Source: Amoebophrya sp. A120 (Eukaryota; Protista; Dinoflagellata). From it: DNA of 64,000 bases. The translations under genes were made by a program, and so were the position numbers. The first letter of the stretch is position 1; each line of letters opens with the position of its first letter. The stretch lies in the NCBI GenBank assembly GCA_905178155.1, contig CAJINV010000006.1, positions 4,754,921-4,818,920 on the forward strand, in the 5' to 3' direction. Under the pieces are notes generated by a model that ran no database searches, was not told the origin of the DNA, and saw nothing but the letters and a program-made list of their open reading frames with translations. Shown piece after piece: positions 10,801 to 24,300 of the stretch.

Positions 10801-13800
10801 TGGGCTCCGGACATCGAGCTGCAGCTCAACCCCATCCCGATCCAGCTACTCGGGCAAATTGCCAATCAGGTCAGCGTACAGGCACAGATGAAGGCACAGA
10901 AGCAAATGGAACGGGAGAAAGCCGCTGCCGCTGCCGCGCAAAATGAAGACCAAGGTCAAGCTCCTGGAAAGGACGGCGCAGAACAGGCCCAGACTGAAGG
11001 TTACCCGGCGACAGATGGAGCGCAGGCCGTGCAGCCGGAGCCGAAGCAAGGGGAAGGGCGAGATGTGGACGACAGTGGTGCCCCTGCGCCGCGACCTGCT
11101 GCTGCAGCAAGCGCAACTGATGTAGAAACTGGAACTTCTCAGACCGAGATGGGAGGCGAACAGCCGCAACGAGACAACACAGAGGGTGTCGCAAGAGAGC
11201 CAGACGATGCCCCTCCGGAGTCGAACAAGTGTACCGGTGTTGCAGCTGGTCCAGAACCTGCTTCAGTGCAGGACACAGCTCCTTCAACGGAAGATACCGC
11301 CACGACAACCTCCTCGATTTCCAAATCCAAACACCTCTCCCGTGCCATCCGCTTTTTCGTGCATTCGTTTCCCATGCTGGAAAAACCGATGACCGTGTGG
11401 CATCACCGTGCGTCGGAGCGGAAGAACGGCGTGTTTCTATGCGTGGCAAATTATAAAGCATCGTACTAGCAGAGATTTATATAAGCAATGCGACTCGCAT
11501 TGAGTCGCAAACCGGTCGCGGCTTGTCGCATTGCTCGCATTGCCCGCATTGCTCGCAAATCGCGAGGGTCTGCCAGCAGTCAGGCGCGCGGCAATGAAAT
11601 CCCCGCCATGCCGTCGCGATTCGCGAGCTACACGGCAGCGCACTGGCCTGCAAGTACAAAACTGGTTATCCTGCCCTGGGGCTTCTGTAGTGGCGGCTTC
11701 GCTCTCTTACCCAGGAGCGCAGTGTTTAGGTTTTAGATTTTTCTCGGGGAACAAAACACAAACCATGATGGAAGGCTGCCGTCGCGGGGCCCGCGCGAGG
11801 TCTAGCGAAGCAGGTGCAGAAACGACGACGGTGTGGGTGTGTGTTCGATGTTTCGGCGCACTTGCGGCGCATCTTGTTGGATGACCTGTTTTCACGTTCA
11901 CCTGCCGGCACCCACCCCGACCGAGATACTAGGTAGCTTCGTACGTTAGATAGGAGTAGGACTATGGCGCCCAACTAGGATCCGAGCGTGGGCACTCGCA
12001 GACGAACTTGCGAGAACGACTCGCAACACTTGCGACAGATCCGCGTGTTCGCAACTCGCAAGACCTCGGATCGCTGTCGCATTGCTCGCAAATCGCGGCC
12101 GGAAATTCCTTATATAATTGGCTGTACTAGTATGAATTGCATTACAAATTTGCTCAGCATGAGAAAGGGAATTCGTAATGCTGATCGACCTTAGGAAAAA
12201 ACGATTAAGATTTGTATATGCAAAACTCACATTCATACGACAGGAGTACGATACCTTTGCAATGCATAATTTCAGTTTTTCAACAAAAAACACGACACGG
12301 ACGCGAATTTGCGAAACACCTTCCACCCCTACGACCAAGTGAAGTTTGGGGGCCCGCACCAGCCTAATCTGCACGAGGAGGTAGAGTTGAGCAAGTTTTT
12401 GGACACGCTGTTGCAGGTCAGGGATCCAGCAGTCGTGCCGTCACAAGGAGCAGGATCAGGGCAATTGTCGTCCAAATTATCGGCAGACGGACACACAGCA
12501 CCTTCAGAAGGTGGGGGTTCTTCAGGAACGGATTATACCAGAAGTTCCGAAACTGCGACTGAAAAAGACGCAGTTGTACTAGAGGCACCACAGCAATCAG
12601 AGTCGGAACTACCCGGCGCTCTGATCCACGCCCGGCCGACCATTTTCACGATTCTCGGCGTGGACAAAAACGACAATGGCTTGGCCACGGGCTTGACAAA
12701 GTGGGACGGTGACGGGAACAAAAGTGTTTGCCCCTGGGATCTGAACGTCAAAGTGAATCTGCACGATCATCAAAGTCTTGTTGGGCGCCATCAGCATGAC
12801 AAAATCAACAAAAAGCATTACCGAATAGAAATCTCCCCCTGGCGCTGGCCCTATTGCTATCGGGTGGTTAAGATCTACGGGCCGCGGTATCGGTATCGGA
12901 ATGAAACTACTGCGACGGCCTCGCAAGGCGAGAAGGTGGCGGGCATGCCACGAGATGTGGAATCTGTATCGCAGGACGACCAGCACAGGAGCGAACAAGA
13001 GCTGCAAGACGCGGCCCAAGAAGCGGTAGCTGCGGGTAATTTCCCAATACAAACTCCTCTCCGAGTCTCCCTGGAGCTTTTCTACGAGCCGCATGGCACT
13101 GCGGTTCTGGAGGATTTTAAAATGAAAAACGGATTTTTTGCTTCATTTCCGCCCGGTGATTTCGACCAATTTCATCCGTTTATCACAAACAACAACGTGA
13201 AACTGCAGGAGAAGTTTTTCAAAGCGGCGCAAACCATCGGAGGCGTTTTCGAGTACCTGTTTTCTTTGTCCTCATCGACGTCAACGTCGACAAGCAGCAC
13301 CAGTTCCTCAACCACTACTACGCCTGACACGACCTCGGCAGCGGCAGATGTAGTTGCAACGACAACCACCATCACCGCGACCACGACAACTGCGACCAGG
13401 TCTAGTACCACCATCGCCAGTGGTACAACAGCAGGCTCTTCTCCTGCCTCAGAGATCGTTGGGAAAAGTGTGGAACTCCAAGACGAACAACATCCGTTGT
13501 TCGCTAGTGGTCGCAACAGTGTGGCCGCAAATGCTGTTGTGCCTGAAGATGCTCCTGTGCTCACCTCTCCCAACGGCTTAAGCGCAGAAATGAACTGGTA
13601 TACCGCGCAGTTGCGGTTCGACCCGAATGCCCGGACCTTCGTGATTCTGGTGAAAGCTCCGTTTTTCAGCCACTACTTTATCAACAAAGAACTAACCCCC
13701 ATGCCACGGTACGTGTTTCTGGAGAGCGGTGTTGCTGTTGGTGACACGGCTGTATCTAGCAATACAAATTTGCTATCCAATGCGACAGCCGCAACACAAA

Positions 13801-16800
13801 TTACCAAAGCCCGCATCCATTGGTCCTATAACAGATTCAAAGGCCGGGGCTTCGCAAAGGTCTACGCCGGGAATCTAACCGACGTGCCGCTGAAGAGAGT
13901 CGGTAACGTGCGAAGATCTGGCGCTCCTCGTGGTGCTTTGGGATTTTCATCTTCGTCGTTATTTCTCACACCCAACACGGAACTCGCCCAATTTCACATC
14001 GATAAATTCCTCGGGCAAATTCTCGACGACGCCAGCGTGATTCTCCCCACTGAAATCGTCAACCAACAGAGGTTCAACAAGGAGCTGAACCGCAAGCATT
14101 TTATCAAAGAACTGGAAAAGAACGTCACGGATTTACCGCCGGAGACCGTGCGGGAGGAATTGGAACAGAAGTTGATGGATTTGAAAACCCAATCGAAGAA
14201 AATTCTAAACACCAGCTACAAATCGGTTAAAGGATTCCTGCATCGGATGTTTCAAGGCGGAGGTCCTGGGGCAGCTGGCGCGAGGATGATGAAGCATGAC
14301 CCGGCGGCGGCAAAAGCGGCGAGAAATTTTCTGGCGTTCGGGGCCGCAGCTGAGGGAGTAGAGTCAACCGGATCTTCGTCCTTGAGCTCCTCTAGTACCA
14401 GCACGAGCTCAACAACTTGCAGCTCCACGACGTTCGAAAACGTGCACAAGTGCGAAGATGTTGAGCACCAGGAGGATGCAACTATAATGGATGACTCCTA
14501 TCCTCGGAGCTCTTCTATGGGTGTGGTATTCGCAGAAGCGGTCAGTGTTGACGAGAATATTGGAACAAGCAGCGCAGCTGCACCAGCAAGACAAGTTCAG
14601 GAGGAAACTACAACAGCATCAGGCGCAATAGAAATCGACCAGTTGACCATACACGAAGAGCAGCTGCACCACACCGAGCTGAACTTGAGCGGAAAAAATA
14701 GCGCTCGTGGACAGACACCATCGCCGCCTTCCACGACGACCCCTCCAGTGCCTACCTCTCCAGCAGCGCACTCCGATGAAGAAAGCAGCTCATCCAGAAA
14801 GAGAGCCCTACAATCGGATTTTCGAATCCTGGAGGAAATGTTGTCGATTCTGAAAGAGGCGAAAACACTAGAAATAGACCCCCACATCCCTGGTTTCACC
14901 GATGAGACCAAGAAGGAGAATTTCGAAATTCTGGTCAAGTCGAAAATTGAAAATCTGTTGAAAGAGCTCATCGACCGGACTGCGGGCGGAGGAGGTTCTG
15001 GAAGTACAACAGCCGGCGATAGTCATCAAGGTGGCGCGTTGTCGCAAGTGGACCGGAAAAATATGGAGAGGAACTTGCACCAGTTTCAAAGCGAGTATTT
15101 GAACGTGATCAGGAGGAGGCAGGTGCAGGCGACAGGAGCGGCGGATGGAGAGATGACAACTCCACAGGTGCCTGGTGCTCCAATTGGTCTTGCAACTACT
15201 GAAGCTGGTCAACAAGCTGTGGACATCAACACGGTCTTCGACATCCAGCCACAGGAGGTAAGTATCCAGACGTCGTCATCCATTGCTAGTACTGGAGTAG
15301 GAGCTGCAGGTGGAGGAAATGCTGCTGCTTCTGCAACACAAGCTGCTTCATCTTCGCCATCTGTTCACCACCACCCAGAAGAGCAAGAAGATGGCTTCGA
15401 GTTTCAAATCGACTTCGCGCATCCGCACGCGGATACAGACGCCAAGCAAGCCCAAGCTGCTCAAGCCGCTGCTGCATCTGAGTCTGACGCACACCACCTG
15501 CTTGATGACCCGGAGAAGAAGCTTCTTCTCGACCAGGCTTCCGACCACGCTCACGCGGGGTACCAAATTTTTGAAGTGGTCACAGGTGGTGGTGGTGAGG
15601 GTGGGTCCGCCACTGCAGGAGGACCACCTGGCAGCCTCCCGACTGGGCCAATGCAACCTGGCGCAGTTGCTGCAGCACACCAGCATCAGCAACAGAAACA
15701 GCACGTGCAGCAACTGCGGCAACAGCCAGAAGACCCAGCGGTCTCTGCGGCCAGAGTAAATTCCTACACGGCGCAGGCGTCGCACATTCTGAGGGAGAAC
15801 CCCTTGAAGATAAAAGCGTGGATCGAGGGTTTTCAGCACAAGATCTTTATTCCCTGAAAAATTTGTACACTCCCCATCCACTTTTTGCATGACAAAAACA
15901 GAACTTACTTCGTGTTTTGCATTACAGATTGGGGAGCGTTCATTTTCAGGTAATAGTCTTCCTCTTCTTCAACGAAGCGATCAGTGTGGAGGATTTGGAG
16001 GCGCTGGAAGATGATCATTTGAATAGCGATAGTGCTAGCGATCATGGGGATCACAACGACGGCAGCGCCTTCGACGATAAAGAATCAGAACCAGAAGACG
16101 TCGGTCCTCGCACTAGTGTTGACGACGAGCCAATATCTCCTGTCAACTACATCGACGTTGCCTCACCCAAAAATCTGCAGAAGATCGCCACCCGTCGGAT
16201 CGACCAATACTACGACCAAATCGCGAGGGAAGTGAAACACCATTTCGTCATGACCTGGAACAGCTACAAGAAGCACGCTTGGGGCTTCGACGAGTGGTGC
16301 CCGACGACGATGAAAGGCAGCAACGATTCCTTTGGCGGGATCGGGATGCAGATATTGGATTCTCTCTCCGCATTATTAATTTTCGATATGGACGAGGAAT
16401 TTATTTTCGCGAGGGATAATTTCGTCCAAAACCTCGATTTCAAAAAGGCCAGCACGCGGGTGGAAGTTTCGGTTTTCGAGTTGATGATCCGGGCGGTTGG
16501 TGGGTTACTGTCCGCTTATGCGATGATGTTGGAGAAGATTTTGCGGAAGGGGATCAAAGCCTTCGTACCAAAAAGCGACTATAGGGGGAAAAATTTGAAA
16601 GATCTCACCTTCGACGATATGACGCAGGTGTTTCAGAAACACAAGCAGAAGGTTGAAGATGAAGGTCGTCGTCGTGCAGCGGGGAATTATGAGAAAAAGC
16701 CTCCCGTCCTCGGGGCCGGCTCCGCCTCATCTACATCTTCATCAGATATCAAAGCGCTGGCCCAAATTTCCGCGGAACTTTCAAAAAACACGATTTTTTT

Positions 16801-19800
16801 GCAGAAAGCGGAAGAATTGATCCAGCAAATCATCGCGGTTTTCCGAACTCCATCAGGCTTCCCGTTTTCCAGAGTGAGAATCGGGTCCGGCTTACCGGTA
16901 ATCGACTCCACCCAGCCCACGATTTTATCCGAAATTGGCACGATGCAGTTGGAACTACGGTATCTTTATCCTGTGCAAAAGTATCGTACTCGTAGTAATC
17001 GCAGTCATGCATTACAAATCTCCATCCCAAGTCAAAACAGCATGACAAACTCCCTTTGTCATGCTGAGCTAATTTGTATTGCAATTACTACTAGTACGAT
17101 ACTTTTGCAGTTCATAATCTTTCCTTCGCGACAAAAAACGCGACGTACGCGAGACTGGCCGACACGATCTCCCACCAACTCCATTTCGACGTTATTCTTG
17201 GTAAAAACGTCCCCACCCCAGAGTTGTCATGCAAATCTGCATGCCAACAAAGTTTGTCATGCGGAGCGCCATGAGAGGCATTTTCTAGTCGTGTGTTGGA
17301 ATTTGTGATGCTATAACCAGCATGATATACTACATCTGTAATGCTGCTGAACTACCTAAACAGGATTGCACTATGAAGACAAACTTGTCATGCCAAACAA
17401 CCAAAGCTGGCTGATGTGTCTAGCAGATTTCCCATGTGGACTCTATTGTGGACGTTTTTACAAATGATAGACGTGTTCCAAGATTTCGGGAAAAACTGGC
17501 AGGACTTCATCATCGGAAGCGCAGGAGGACCAGAGAAAACGGAGGAAAAAACCTACCCGCAGTTGCTACCGACACAGTATACCAACGCGCAGATCATTCC
17601 GATTAAAGTGTTGAAGAACAGTCGGTTTTCGTTAGGCGGCCAGGGAGACAGCTACTTCGAGTACTTGCTGAAACAGTATCTACAGGACGATGAGGATTTG
17701 TTTTCTTTGCATATGTGGGAGGTGATGCTGAAGGGGCTATTAGACAGGAAAAAGGGATTAGTTGTCGGTGTGAAGGGGAAAAACGAAAACGGGATGAAGT
17801 CTGTGGATGAATTACTGCAGGTTGCGACGGGGAGTGATGGACGAGGAGGCGGAGGTACCCTTCAAGCTGCTGCACACGTAGATAATTACCTCGACCCCGA
17901 TGAGGCGTGGGACCGGTTTTTCCCTCCAAGCTCAGGCGGGAACCAGCCTGGAGGTGGCGGGAGAGCGTTTCAAAGCGAAGATGAGGAGCTAGACGCGATG
18001 GATGAAGAGGATGATTTGGGAGAAGACGGAGAATTCAACGGGAACGCAGGCACGGAGCAGGTGATAGAGATTTTAGACGTGAATGACCAACAAGAGGAAG
18101 ATGTGGCTGCCTCAGCCACAACCGGCGACGCGGAAGATGAAAACCAGGCTGCTGACGCGGCTATCAAAGCAGCTGGCACGACGGCGCCAGCTGCAGGAGA
18201 AGAAGCCGGCCGTGGTTCCTCGTCGGCAGTACAGATTGAGATTGCGCCTCCTTCTGCAACCAGCGCAGCAGATCACTACCTCGACAAATCCTACTACATT
18301 ATCGAGCGCGACTTGAAGGGATTGCAGCTGAACCTCATGGCACATTTGACATGTTTCTTCCCCGGAATGCTGGCTTTGCACCTGCATTTGATGACGTCTA
18401 GTACTTCACCAGGGGACATCTACATGAACGGTCCGGCTGTTGGGTTGCCTGCATCCGGGTCAACATCGGAAGGGCAAGAACACGGGGCGACCGTGATAGA
18501 AACTGCTTCCGAAAGAACCGCTGCTGCAGCCTCAGCATCACCGATTGATGGCAGCACAAAGAACTCAACTCAACTTCCACCAACGGCAGAAGAAAATCTT
18601 GCGCCTATATGAATTGCAAAACTAAAACTATCGTACAACTCGTATAAATAAATGCATTACAAATTTCCCCAGCAAGAGAAATGGAGTTTGTCATGCTAAT
18701 TTGCCTTCGCAACAAGATTTGTAATGCAGTACTTGCATTTATACGAGTACGCTACTTTTGCACAGGATAGCCTATCGAACCCAGCACCGACATCCCCTTC
18801 CTGCACCACATCAAGGAATCCACGATGGAAAATTGCTTCAATTTCTACCGTATCCTGTGCAGAAGTATCGTACTCGTATTGCAGTCATGCATTACAAATT
18901 TTTTTCTGAAAGCAAATCCGCATTACAAATTTCATTTCTCATGCTGAGGAAATTTGTAATGCATTTATACGAGTGCGATACTTTTGCAATTCATATACCG
19001 GAATTCCCCGACTGCTCTAGCGCCCGAGGCAGTATTCGTCCCGCCGGACAATTATGTGATAGAAAACATCGAGGAAATCGAGATCCAAGACGACCAGAAG
19101 CGGAAAAAACTGATCCGGACCCGCACGAAAACGTACTTAGACCCAACCGCAATGTACGTGCCACAGGGGCTGTCTTACTCGCTGTTACGTCCCGAGACGG
19201 TGGAGAGCTTGTTCTATTTAGACTACTACCGGGAAGAGAATGAAAAGCTGGTGAGGAAAAGTTTAATGTCTACTTCGAGCACAACTTCAGCTGGGGCTAG
19301 TGGCGCAGAAACTGAAACGCGGTCATTTGCAGATGCTTCGGGCAGTGAGAGCTCCTCTGCTCCTCGTCCTCCCGTGAATCGTGCATCACAAACTACATCG
19401 CAACCTCCTCAACCCGCCACCGTCCAGGAGATTGACCACACGGAAACGCAGCACCGAATTGTCCGGACGAAAAACAAGCCGGGGATGAAGAATCTCCCTG
19501 TAGCTCCAGCGACGAGCACGAGAGCAGCCGGGGAAGAAGATGCTACTGGTGGTGTTCCAAGCACCACAAGTTCTTCCTCGTCGACCTCAGCATCGCAGTC
19601 TGCCCATTCAGACAACAACCAAGCTGAAGACGATGTTCACGAGGAAGACGACTACCTACATCAAACTACTTCCCCCTTCAAGTACAAGCAGATGGGCCAC
19701 TTCATTTGGCAGGGGTTAAAAGACCACGGCTTTATCCCGTACGCGGGGTTCACCACTGTGCCAGACGTGACCCAGTTCCCCAACGTCCCGCGTTCCTGCC

Positions 19801-20231
19801 CGATGCACACCTTTGTCATGTCGGAAACCTTGGTGTATTTGTACTTGCTTTTTAAAAACCGAAATAACGATGAAGTTGTCAGGGACAACAGGGCCGCAGG
19901 CAAGGTTGTGGATCTGAAAAAGTGGGTCTTCAACACCGAAGCGCACCCGCTGCCGAGAATCTTCACGAAGTATGACTCGAAGCCAAAAGGGAGGAAGAAA
20001 GGAAAAGGAGCTGCGACGAAGGAGCAGGAGTCTTCTGTGCAAGCACAGTTGAATGCGACGAAAAGAATGCAGCGGCCGAAATCCTTGAACGCCGGTGCTT
20101 ATTCTGCTGGAGCTGCGAGTGCGAAGCAAACGAGTGCGTCCAGCGCAACCAGTAGTCGATTTGTTGATGGGGAGGTGGATGGTCAGACCGCGCCACCGGA
20201 AGTAAACGCGGTAGAGCGACGAGAGCTCTGA
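7881..20231 (+). CDS. Giant GH47 class I alpha-1,2-mannosidase (~3400 aa) with N-terminal signal/anchor and very long low-complexity N-terminus
   Basis: Exons about 7881-8553, 8710-8813, 8975-10476, 10608-11437, 12274-15847, 15961-16966, 17122-17192, 17475-18607, 18775-18850, 19001-20231 total 10200 nt. GH47 motifs AWGFDE, VSVFELMIRAVGGLLSAY, GDSYFEYLLK, HLTCFFPGMLAL, LRPETVES, SETLVYLYLLF, FNTEAHP. The 10477-10607 junction is the least certain. Confidence 0.8.
8554..8704. mobile_element. Introner, family A (reverse orientation)
   Basis: Perfect repeat AATCC. Confidence 0.92.
8814..8969. mobile_element. Introner, family A
   Basis: Repeats GAAGG/GGAGG; restores GRLMLATRRK. Confidence 0.88.
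10477..10607. other. Probable decayed non-canonical intron (boundaries approximate)
   Basis: A frame change is needed between ORFs 8882 and 10648; imperfect IR tttaccaccacctcc / ggagtcggggtggggtaga; contains tctgtcatgc. Confidence 0.5.
11438..12268. mobile_element. Introner, family A, enlarged by a nested MITE
   Basis: Repeats GTTTC/ATTTC; restores GVFQFFNKKH. Confidence 0.85.
11470..12124. mobile_element. Nested non-autonomous TIR element, CAG...CTG, 6-bp TSD
   Basis: Left end CAGAGATTTATATAAG versus right-end reverse complement CAGCCAATTATATAAG; TSD TACTAG; subterminal TCGCATTGC repeats. Confidence 0.85.
15848..15955. mobile_element. Introner, short singleton
   Basis: TATtccctgaAAA...TTTtcaggtaATA; repeats ATCTT/GTCTT; restores KIFLFFNE. 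Confidence 0.82.
16967..17116. mobile_element. Introner, family A (reverse orientation)
   Basis: Perfect repeat ATCTT; restores LELRYLSFAT. Confidence 0.93.
17193..17469. mobile_element. Introner, family B
   Basis: Perfect repeat GACGT. Confidence 0.92.
18608..18769. mobile_element. Introner, family A
   Basis: Perfect repeat GCCTA. Confidence 0.93.
18851..18995. mobile_element. Introner, family A (reverse orientation)
   Basis: Perfect repeat TACCG; restores CFNFYRNSPTALAPE. Confidence 0.93.
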
Positions 20232-21323
20232 TCGTCCACCATAACAAGTTTCACAAAATCAGAACGAGAGAAGAACGCATAATCTAGAGAATTGTTTTAA
20301 AACTTTTTCAAGAAGAGAGAATGAGTTAAGAGATCGACATCGAAGTTTTTAGTATTGGTTTCATTATAGCTAACTTAGACAGTTTCTAGGCTGAATTTGG
20401 TAAATCCAAAGGTTGTAATATATCGCACGACCACCGACTGAGTGCATGAGCGATTGCCCAACGAAGTACCTTTCTTGCATTCCTCAGTCCTGTGCAGCTC
20501 GGGTGGTGGTCTAGAAGTTTCTGCTTGTATCAATGTTGTAGTAAGTCACTTTATCTGTTCGTGTTCTGCGAAATGTAGTTCTAGGCCAAGTTGTTTTCGT
20601 CCGCAAACTACGAGCTGGTGCTGCTATTAAGAGGAAAAGAAGATATGAGACTTGAATTTTATTTTTAACTGGCATGATCTGCAACTACCTGCCTGCCACT
20701 TACGTCTATCTCGTGTTCCCACGAACCAAAAGAAACAAAATTTTAATTTGCGAGCACAGTACACACAGCACTTCGGTTAAAGATGAAGAAGAAGAACGTA
20801 TGGTAGAGAATGAATCAAAAGTCGGTCTTGCATCGTACACATCAGTGACACATCACTTCACTTCTTCGGTCAGTTGTCGTGCCGGCCTAATTGCGCCCTC
20901 ACATTATTCGGTAATTCGTGCAACTCTTTCCGGTAACGCGGAACAAGTAGAGTAACAGCAATTTTTGTGCAACTGATTATAGCTCAAGCCTCAACCTAAT
21001 CCTAAATCGTCCAAGAAGGAAATAAAGTCGTTCTCTCGTGCTGTAGCTGTTTCATCTTCTTGTGACTGGCAAAACAATTTCCAAACTGGACAAACTCTTC
21101 AAACTAACGCCCATGACAACAGGACCACAAGCGGTGCTTCCTTTTATGATATTTCTCAGTATCAAAATTTTGTATCACACGATCATCAAGTTCAAGCTCA
21201 CGCACGACGAGCCACGATGAAAATACATCTTCAACCAGCAAAACATTTCACTTAAGAAATTCTTCTTTATCGGCTTTGATCTCTTCCTCTTCTCCCCAGA
21301 AACTACAACGTCACCTCTAAAAG

Positions 21324-24300
21324 ATGTTGATGTCCCAGGGCGTTGTCCCTTCCCCGCACGGGCACGCGCAGAACCGGGTGGACCAAGAGCACCAGGAGGT
21401 CGACCACCATGGGCACAACGCACAGCATCAAGGCGGCGGACACAGGAACATGTTCGGCCGGGAGTTGCTCGGCAGAGGGCGGTTTCGGGATAAAGGCGAT
21501 GCGGGGTCTCCGAAGAAACCAGAGTCCACACGCGTCCGTCTCCAAAAACGGCAGTCGAAATTGAAGCCGATCATCCCCGCGATCCACCCGCAAAGCCGGA
21601 AGATCGCTTTGTCCGTGTTTCTATGAACTGCAAAAGTATCGTACTCGTATAAATGCATTACAAATTTCCTCAGCATGAGGAATAAAATTTGTAATGCAGA
21701 TTTGCCTTGGAAACAAGATTTGTAATGCAAGACATGCATTAGCATTTGTACGAGTGCGATACTTTTGCACAGGATAGTTTCGACGGTTGTTTTCGATTTT
21801 AAACACAAGATACGGGTCCGTGGAAACGAAGGGGGAAATCCCGGTGTTGCACTTCGTCAGAGCGATGCAGCGGTTCGCGATCGTGATTGGGCAGAAGAAG
21901 CGGAAGAAGGACGCGATCGAGGATGATGACGACACGGCCGGGGTGCCGGAAACGGGCGAAGAAATGCGGGAAAAGGAAAAAACGCAAAAGATACAAGCGG
22001 ACAACTTTGCCAGCTACGACGTGGATGGGAGCGGTATAAATACGATGAAAAAGATTTTACTTTTGATTTCATTGATCATTTTGTCATGCTATTGCTAAAC
22101 ATCCAAAATGAAAATCGCGTGATGTGTACAACATTGGCATCCCGGTTTTTCTTAGATTCCGTTGCGTCTGCTCTATGTCTCAATCGAATCTTCTCTCAAC
22201 AAAAATCAGGTACCGTCGGCTGGTGGGAGTTCGTGTCCGCGTGGAACAACAACAATTACGAGATTCGCCACACCTTCCTCGAGCGCATTTTCCTGACCAT
22301 TGACGACCAGACGGGGTCTCTCATCGGGTACATCATTTCCACCATTTCCCTGTCCATGATCGTGCTCTCTTCCTGCTGCTTCGTGATCGCGACGCTCCCG
22401 TCGTTAACGGTCCGCACGGACCACTGCGAGGCCGTCTGCACGCCCCCGTACTCTAGCCTGCCCCCCACGACGGACCACTACACCCACAACGAGTGGTGCA
22501 ACGAGAACTGCCACCCGGACCAGCCGGACTACTTCTACACGCTGGAAATTTTCTGCGTCATCGTTTTCTCGTTAGAGTATTTCGCAAGGTTGTTCACCTG
22601 CCACGCGGTTCGCACGGAGTTTCTGAATGACGACACGATGATCGACATGATTTTGGGAGATTTGTCGCTCCGAACGAAGACGAAACGGGAGCGAATTATC
22701 CACTTCGTGACCCAGCCGCCAAACATCGTCGATTTGCTCGCGATCGCGCCGTTCTACATAGAAATCATCGCGCAGTCCGACGCGATGAAGGGGAGTGTGA
22801 TCTTGCGGGTGATCCGGTTGATCCGGTTAGTCCGGTTGATGAAAACCGTGAAGTACTTCGAACAACTGCGGATCATGGGCCGGGTTATCAAACGGGCCAT
22901 GCCGGGGCTGTCGGTTCTGTTCTTCTATTTGTGTTTGATCGTCGTCTTCGCGGGCTCGCTGATGTTCCACGCGGAAGCCGGGCACTGGAACAACGAGAAA
23001 CAAGAGTTCCAGCGCTGGAACTGGCAGGCCGGGGAGTACGAGCGGAGCCCGTTTCGGTCGATTCCACAATCGTTTTGGTGGACGGTGGTGACGTTGACGA
23101 CCGTCGGGTACGGCGACATGGTGCCGATGACGCTGCTGGGGCAGGCGTTGGGCGCGGCGACCATTTTTCTCGGGGTTTTGGTCCTGGCGATGCCCATCTC
23201 CGTGTTGTCGTCCAGCTTCTCGGAGACCTGGCGCGAATGGCACGAGGAGAGGAGGTATTGAGAATGTTATTGAGCTTGAAGTTGTGATTTACAAGAAATG
23301 TAGCTCATTTTATATTCGAAAATAAATCCGCAGGCAAGAACAAGCGACATCCGCAACAAGACCAGTCAGTTTATGTTCTTGCTACTTCGTCCTATAGAAG
23401 CATGATTTCCGCATGACAGCCTGATGAATTTTCCCTAAATCCTATAACCCCAAGAACCTCTCAACAACGAACACCAGGCTCTCCGCGGCGCACGAAGCAG
23501 AGGAGCGGGAGGCCATCGAGGCCGCGCTGTCCTTCCGGGACCCGATCCTGCAGTTTCACAAAATCAGCATCGACATCTACGACGAGGACAACCACGGTGA
23601 CCACGATTTCCTGGGCGAGGTCGAGCTAAACCTCGACGACATCGGCACCGGTCCGTGGAAGCAGGAGAAACACGGCGCCGCAAGTGGCCGGTACTGGAAG
23701 TCCATTACCATGGATTTGATGCCGAATGAATACAAGATTGTCGGGACAAAGCGAAAAGTCATTGTTGGGCAGATTGACCTGCAGATTTCCTGGGAGCCGG
23801 TGAAACCCGCGGACAAACTTGACCCCGAACTCCCGTCAGAAGCGATCTCTACCCCGAGCAAGAGACGCGCAGAGCCCTGGGTCTACAACGGGGAAAAATT
23901 GTACCCCGGGACGCTGTTTTTGAAAGTGATCAGGGCAAGAGGGGTGAGAAATGCCGACGCCACGATGTTCCAAACCTTATGCCCAGGATTACATTTATGG
24001 ATGTGTCAGGATCGAAATCGACAAAATCGAAAAATTTGTGATGCATAAAATGTAGGGCACTGGAGGCCTGTATTGGTGAGCAGGCAGATGAGACCGATTG
24101 TAAGCCTGTTTAGGGGTATGCAATGTGCTGCCAGAGTAGCATGACAGCAGCAGGCTCCTTTGCCCAAACAGCATGACAAACTGGATTTGAGTGCTCCCCA
24201 AATGTGTCATGCGCCACTTACAAACTGAGGCGTCAACTGGTATCGATTTTATGCATCACAAATTTTTCGACTTTGTCAATTTCGATCCTGACACCCCCAT

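Noticed and set aside
23430-23452. Telomere-like ccctaaatcctataacccc in the channel intron (similar bits near 11724, 20995, 25435)
   Set aside because: Too short and degenerate, with no flanking duplication.
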